Assembly: GCA_040383945.1 (NCBI GenBank) | Contig: JBEICN010000003.1 | Coordinates: forward strand, 1-52,388 | Direction: 5' to 3' | DNA length: 52,388 nucleotides | Source: Candidatus Peribacteria bacterium | Lineage (GTDB): Bacteria; Patescibacteriota; Gracilibacteria; BD1-5; UBA2023 | Shown: positions 47,295 through 52,388 of the stretch, one piece after another | Numbering within the stretch: the stretch's first letter is position 1 | Layout: each line of letters opens with the position of its first letter | The notes under the pieces: model-generated | The model's database searches: none | What the model saw: only the letters and a program-made list of their open reading frames with translations | Told to the model about the DNA's origin: nothing | Position numbers and translations under genes: made by a program

Positions 47295-47758
47295 GAAGTA
47301 GAACATCTATCTTCATCGGGACTGCTCATTAAAAAATCTTACTCTGCAAGAATGGCGACGAGAGTTGTTCTCTACTAGCCTCCAACAAAAATAAAAATCA
47401 ACACCGACTGCGATATATATCAAAGTCTCTTTTCTATACAAATAGAAAGCGATGTTACCGAAAGTCTGATAGGACTTTGGCAACCCGTTTCCAAACTCAG
47501 ATTTTGGGTAACATCGCTTTCAAAAAATAAAAATACAAATCGCAAAGGCGAAGATGGCGATCTATAAATTCCTGCCCAAGCAAAGTAAGTCTGTGTTTAC
47601 ACAGTCGCTCTCACAAAGCACTCCTACTTGTGCTTCTCCGTTACTTACGAGCCTTTAGCGCTCATCTTGGATGAAGTCAAGAGTCTTCCGAAACTCGGAT
47701 ACCGTCTACCAAGACAGCCAGTTTCACTTCAAGTCCCCGCCCAGCGGGGACTTTTTTT
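47295..47758 (+). ncRNA. Candidate large structured non-coding RNA (about 460 nt) with terminator
   Basis: End-to-end pairing, perfect 15-bp internal stem, many short hairpins, no long ORF seen, strong intrinsic terminator at 47731-47758. Confidence 0.55.
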
Positions 47759-47830
47759 GTGCCCTGTCGGGAGTGATAAAAAATACGGTATCAATAGTGG
47801 AGATACCGTAAGTGAGACGAGAGCCTTTGT

Positions 47831-49030
47831 CTAAAGCTTTCTTTTTCTCGCCTCAAGAACAAGGCGTTTGGTTTTTTGCGTCTCGCTAATAATTCTTCAG
47901 TATACTTCGACAAATTCAATACCCTGCTGTTTGCTTAAGTCTATAGCCTTTTTGAAATCTTTACTTGAGCTGGAATGTCATTGCATGGAAAAACTCAGTG
48001 AATAGGTTTCTTTTAATGATTCAAGTTCACTTATGAGCTGCACATAATAGCTCGGCCCCACCTGCTTTGATCTATTGAGAAAGTACTCAACAATCTCTCG
48101 ACATTTTCGTTCCATTTTTTCTTTTCCCTCTTTGTAAGTGGCGGACTGTTTTTTTTCAAGGAGTACATATGCATCAATATTGCGTATGTTTGAAAGCGTA
48201 TCGGCTAATTTTTTTAGGAAGGTGATATCATCGAGTTCCCAGAGTATTTTTGAAAGATATGCCTTGTTTCGCATTGCCTTCGCATGCATTTGTAGTTCGG
48301 GCTTTGCGGAAAACAACTCTCGCATTTTCTCACTTTCACTATTTCACGACATATTGATCCAAATTTCATCATTCCCTTTTTCTAAATGCCTTTTATCCAA
48401 TGCTGGCTTGGTCAAATCTCTCTCAACAGTTTGTATCACTTTATTCCCTCCATATTTTACGAGATGTTGACGCACTCTTTCTGGTGTCTGCCATCGTATT
48501 TGAGAACTTCTGTTTGCTTTGTGAAATGAAGGGTCTTCTATAGCATCATGCGCAGCTATTTCTTTAATGCCTTGCAGGGTGGGTTTGGGATCATTTTCCA
48601 AATAAATATACACGGCTTCCATCCAATGACTAAATGCGGAGTAACCACTGCGACGTTTCGGAATAAGTCCCGATGTATTTGAGAGGCTTCTCAGAAATAA
48701 CACAAATTTGAGAAGATCTTTTTTGAGATTGTAGCATTCACGATCTGATTTTCCGGCAAAAAGCTTGTCTCGGTAGACGACAAATACCAGACTTTCAAAG
48801 TCTCGTATTGCGTCAGTCGTATCGAGATATCGAGGGTTATGGATGCGGTTACGGATTTCTTCAAGTAACTGAGACCACTTTGGATCATTTCAACCAGAGA
48901 TAAGCTTTTCAAATCCTCCTCGAACGCCTCTCGCCACATTCTTAGCCATTCAAAGCGCACCAACTACCAGTTTTCGTGGTGAGTATGGTGGAGTTCGCTT
49001 GGAATTAGACCGAGACAATATATGTTCCAT
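47831..49030 (-). CDS. HD-domain protein resembling a RelA/SpoT (p)ppGpp hydrolase domain (399 aa)
   Basis: KRRSG...SH, AAHDAIED, LTK and KKLADTLSNIR motifs in order; one frame from ATG 49030 to TAG 47831. Confidence 0.75.
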
Positions 49031-49515
49031 ATAAGTAATATTATATACAATTTTTCATATTTATCTAGAGCTTTTTGTTGGTTTGATTTGTAAGCTTTGA
49101 AGTGAAGATATTAACGTTACTTTTCACTGACCATACCATATTTAACCACAATTACAACCGAGTGCAAGTTAATTTTTGTATGTTACATGTTACCATTGCA
49201 GCAATGAGGTGTACATCATTCACTTTTAGGAATGAAATAAAAAAAGGGATAGGATAGAGGAACTTTAATTCTTTTATCTATATTATCCCATGTGACCAAG
49301 ATACCTCTGTTTTTCTATGATTCACATGAGCATACAACTTTTGCAAGAAATCATTGCTGGAAGTCGAACTATTGGAGGGTAGTAGATGTGCTTTCGGAAT
49401 GTATGATGGTATTTGGGAATCGGCATTCGTATTTTACCCTGTTGCTCCTCAGGAATGCGTCAATCGCTCTGTAAGAACTTTGCAAATCAATGATATATAA
49501 CTATACTTGACCGGT

Positions 49516-50784
49516 ATGCAAATTAAGGTTTTTTGATGTAAAACGAATACATATTTTGCTCAGAAGTGGGTGAATGAAACGGAAATCGGGCAATGTGAAG
49601 GTGTACTTATTGCTTCTTGTGTGGTGACCGATCAGGCAAAAAACCGATGGTTAAAATTTGCGCTCAGGAATCTAAAAAAATTATGAGGTAATGAGAAATT
49701 GTATATCACGGGTTGTGGGGCTTTTCGGGAGGGTGCTCTGGATCCTCGTTTTTATGAGCAATATCAAGAACTTGCTCCATACAAACATCAGATAGAACTT
49801 TTGCCAGAAGAGCCACCCGTCAATCGTTTGCTCCCCAAAGATCTTGGCGCAAAATTGGCCAAAATTCGAATGCGCATTTCTGGAGCGGCAACCACCCGAA
49901 AAACTGTAGTGATTCAGACTTGATGCGATAATTTTTGTACTTTTTGTCTTACGGTGCAGGCGCGATGAAGACATTCGTATCGGTCTAAAGAAGATATCAT
50001 TCAAGAAATTGAAAATTACGTTAACCAAGGCGGTAGGGAAGTAGTGCTCACAGGGATAAATTTATGAGCCTGGGGTGCAGAATCGTCCAATGATTTTACT
50101 TCGGGAAGGTTGCCAGAACTCATCGATGAGATTTTGCAAAAAACTCATATAGAACGGTTGCGGATTTCTAGTTTATGAGTTGAATTCGTTTCGCCCGAAT
50201 TGCTCGAGCGATTCAAAAATTCCCGAGTGCATGCGTATGCTCATTTGTCAGTACAGTCTTGATCTGATGTGATTTTATCAGCTATGGGCCGTCACTATAA
50301 TCGGGCCACTATTCTATCCACACTTCAGAAGCTTCAGCATTTGGAGCGAGCTGATGGTGTAAAAATCCAAATAGGAGCGGATTTGATCGTGGGATTCCCA
50401 GGTGAGACCGAGGAAGATTTTTTAGATACACTTAGCTTGGTGGAGTCGGGTGCGGTATCTCAGCTTCACGCTTTCCCCTTTTCAGCCCATGTGGAAAAGT
50501 ATAATGTGCCTGCCGGTAAATTCCCCAATCAGATTGAAGAATCAGTAAAATACGCACGGCTTCATAGATTGCTCGAAGAGGGAAAGCGTTCAAAACTGAA
50601 TTTTGAACAAAAAAATCATAAAAATACATTCCGTCTTCTCTTGGAATGAAGAACAAATGGTGTAGAGTTCTCAGGATGGAGTGAAAATTACATCGCACTG
50701 AATCAGGATAATTTTGTTCCCGATGAAGGTCAGCAAATACAGCCGGGGAGCATAGTCACAGGAACATACCGATTCATTCAATAA
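49516..50784 (+). CDS. Radical SAM methylthiotransferase, MtaB-like
   Basis: FG(TGA)CKTN, SCVVT, ITGC, IQTG(TGA)CDNFCTFC, EVVLTGINLG, DLIVGFPGETEEDF, LHAFPFS. Confidence 0.88.
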
Positions 50785-50787
50785 ATT

Positions 50788-52212
50788 ATGGATATAAAAA
50801 AAATTTCAGAAACCATTCGAGAGGGAGTAGCCAAAGATGTTGCGATACTTCGCGCACAATGAATTGAGCCAAAGCTTTCAGTAATTCTCGTGGGAGGGGA
50901 TGAGGCTTCTCTTATGTATGCGCACACCAAGAAGCGAGTTGCCGAGCAGCTCGGTATTATTGTGGAAATCGAAAGCCTACCTGCAGACATAACTCAATCC
51001 GAGCTAGAGCGGAAAATCTCAGAAAAATCACATGATGAAAAAATCCATGGCGTGCTTTTGGAAAGTCCTTTTCCTCCGGGATTGGATTATGCGAAAGCAT
51101 TGGCAAGAGTTGACTCGCTCAAAGATATTGATGGATTGCATGTGGAAAATATGGGTAAGCTCCAATCAGGGAATTTGGAATCTGCTATCTTACCAGCTAC
51201 CCCGTTGGCCTGTATTTGTCTCATGGAGGCGTGGAGTGGAAGCGTGGCAGGTAAGCACGTAGTGCTCGTGGGAAGTGGGAGAACTGTGGGTAAGCCTTTG
51301 GCCATGCTTCTCATACATTACGGCGCAACGGTGGTGGCTTGTAATTCTCGTACAAAAAATATTGCTGAAATTTGTAAAACCGCCGATATCATTGTCAGTG
51401 CTGTCGGGAAACCAAGACTCATTACCCCAGAAATGGTCGGGCCTAAGAGTATGATTATTGATGTGGGCACTTCACTTGATGAACACGGAAAGATGGTGGG
51501 TGATGTGGACTATGAAAAAGTGGCTCATATTGCCAAATTTGTCACTCCAGTACCTGGGGGGGTGGGCATGATCACTACAGGCATAGTGTTTCAGAATTTG
51601 ATCCGCGCTATTCGATTGCAAGAGAAAAGAAACCATTTTGACCTGTCGCTCAACGATTTTTTTGTACTAGCTTCAGGCCCAACCATGCCCGGTGGCTGAG
51701 GCATAGCAGTAGTAGTAGGTATTCTCGGTGCTACCATGGCGTCCATGGTATTTTCACTGACTCGAAATTTGAAGCACGTCGAGTGATATCAAAAACTTCC
51801 GGAGCTCATTGAATTACTCAAGAATCTCTACAAAGAAGATATTGAAGTTTTCAATAGGTATCTTTGAGCTTTGAGGCTTCCAAAGGAGACCTTGGCACAG
51901 CAAGAGCTTCGGAGTGCACTTTTGCAAAAATCTTTGGAAGAAGCATGTGAAGTGCCATTGCGATTTGGTGAAATTGCTCTGAATATACTTGAAATATCGC
52001 ATGAATGTGCTCTTGTTGGAAATAAAAATGTAATTTCAGATGCTTTTGTCGCAATAACGCTGGTGCAATCTGCAGTGGTATCAGCGTTTGAGGCTATTGA
52101 TATCAACCTGAAATCTTTGAAAGATTTGGAAAAATCCAAAGAAATTTCTCAAAGGAAGCACTCTATACTTGAAAAAGTTTCTATTTTGTCAAAGTTGGAT
52201 ATGTACCGATAG
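50788..52212 (+). CDS. folD: FolD methylene-THF dehydrogenase fused to an FTCD_C/FchA (cyclodeaminase/cyclohydrolase) domain
   Basis: KDIDG, PATP, GRTVGKP, IDVG, TPVPGGVG, continuing in frame into PGGG(TGA)G...LRLPKET...EVPL...VGNKNVISD...INL. Confidence 0.88.
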
Positions 52213-52388
52213 AGGAAAAGGTAATACGTCAAAACATTTTGTGCATAATCTTGCATATGCGGATATCTCGTTACGAGATCGATCTGAGTTTTTCGATCGT
52301 TTAGGAATTTCTCTATTTGAATAGTTCTAATGAGTCGTTGAAACTGGAAGTACTCCAAGTGTCGTTGTAGCAGGTAGAATTAATCATC

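Noticed and set aside
47521-47760. tmRNA (A-rich run followed by a GCA codon)
   Set aside because: No tRNA-like acceptor or T-arm ending in CCA, and no Ala-rich tag end
1-52388. Mass pseudogenisation or sequencing errors suggested by fragmented ORFs
   Set aside because: Breaks are in-frame TGA at Gly positions with no frameshifts, and a matching tRNA is present
52149-52388. Minus-strand ORF at the window end
   Set aside because: Overlaps the folD fusion, has no motif, and cannot be resolved without flanking sequence

Overview
Chromosomal segment of a bacterium using genetic code 25 (TGA = Gly), most likely Candidatus Gracilibacteria (Patescibacteria/CPR); Absconditabacteria cannot be excluded from the sequence alone. 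The supplied ORF track is fragmented because it stops at TGA. Reading TGA as Gly restores full-length genes, with TGA inside conserved Gly motifs. The window also encodes the decoding tRNA-Gly(UCA), head-to-head with an Elp3 wobble-uridine-modifying enzyme. Other content: two large surface-type proteins; a small accessory island after tRNA-Arg(GCG) (DUF2958, SRPBCC, EcoRI-family methylase, DUF262-HNH nuclease with an antisense-like leader); housekeeping genes (pth, grpE, rpsA, recG, ruvA, trxB, thrS, ssb, argS, an FtsI-type PBP, MtaB-like); pilT, a pilin, VirB4- and VirD4-like ATPases; a FecR plus CHASE2 cyclase pair and a cNMP-binding protein; a RelA/SpoT-hydrolase-like HD protein; and a FolD-FTCD_C fusion. 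Unexplained signals: several structured intergenic RNA candidates (about 460 nt at 47.3-47.8 kb, about 250 nt at 35.8-36.05 kb, and 34.05-34.76 kb) and a recurring promoter-N6-ATG (leaderless) gene-start pattern. All coordinates and family calls come from manual reading; no database searches or folding programs were run.
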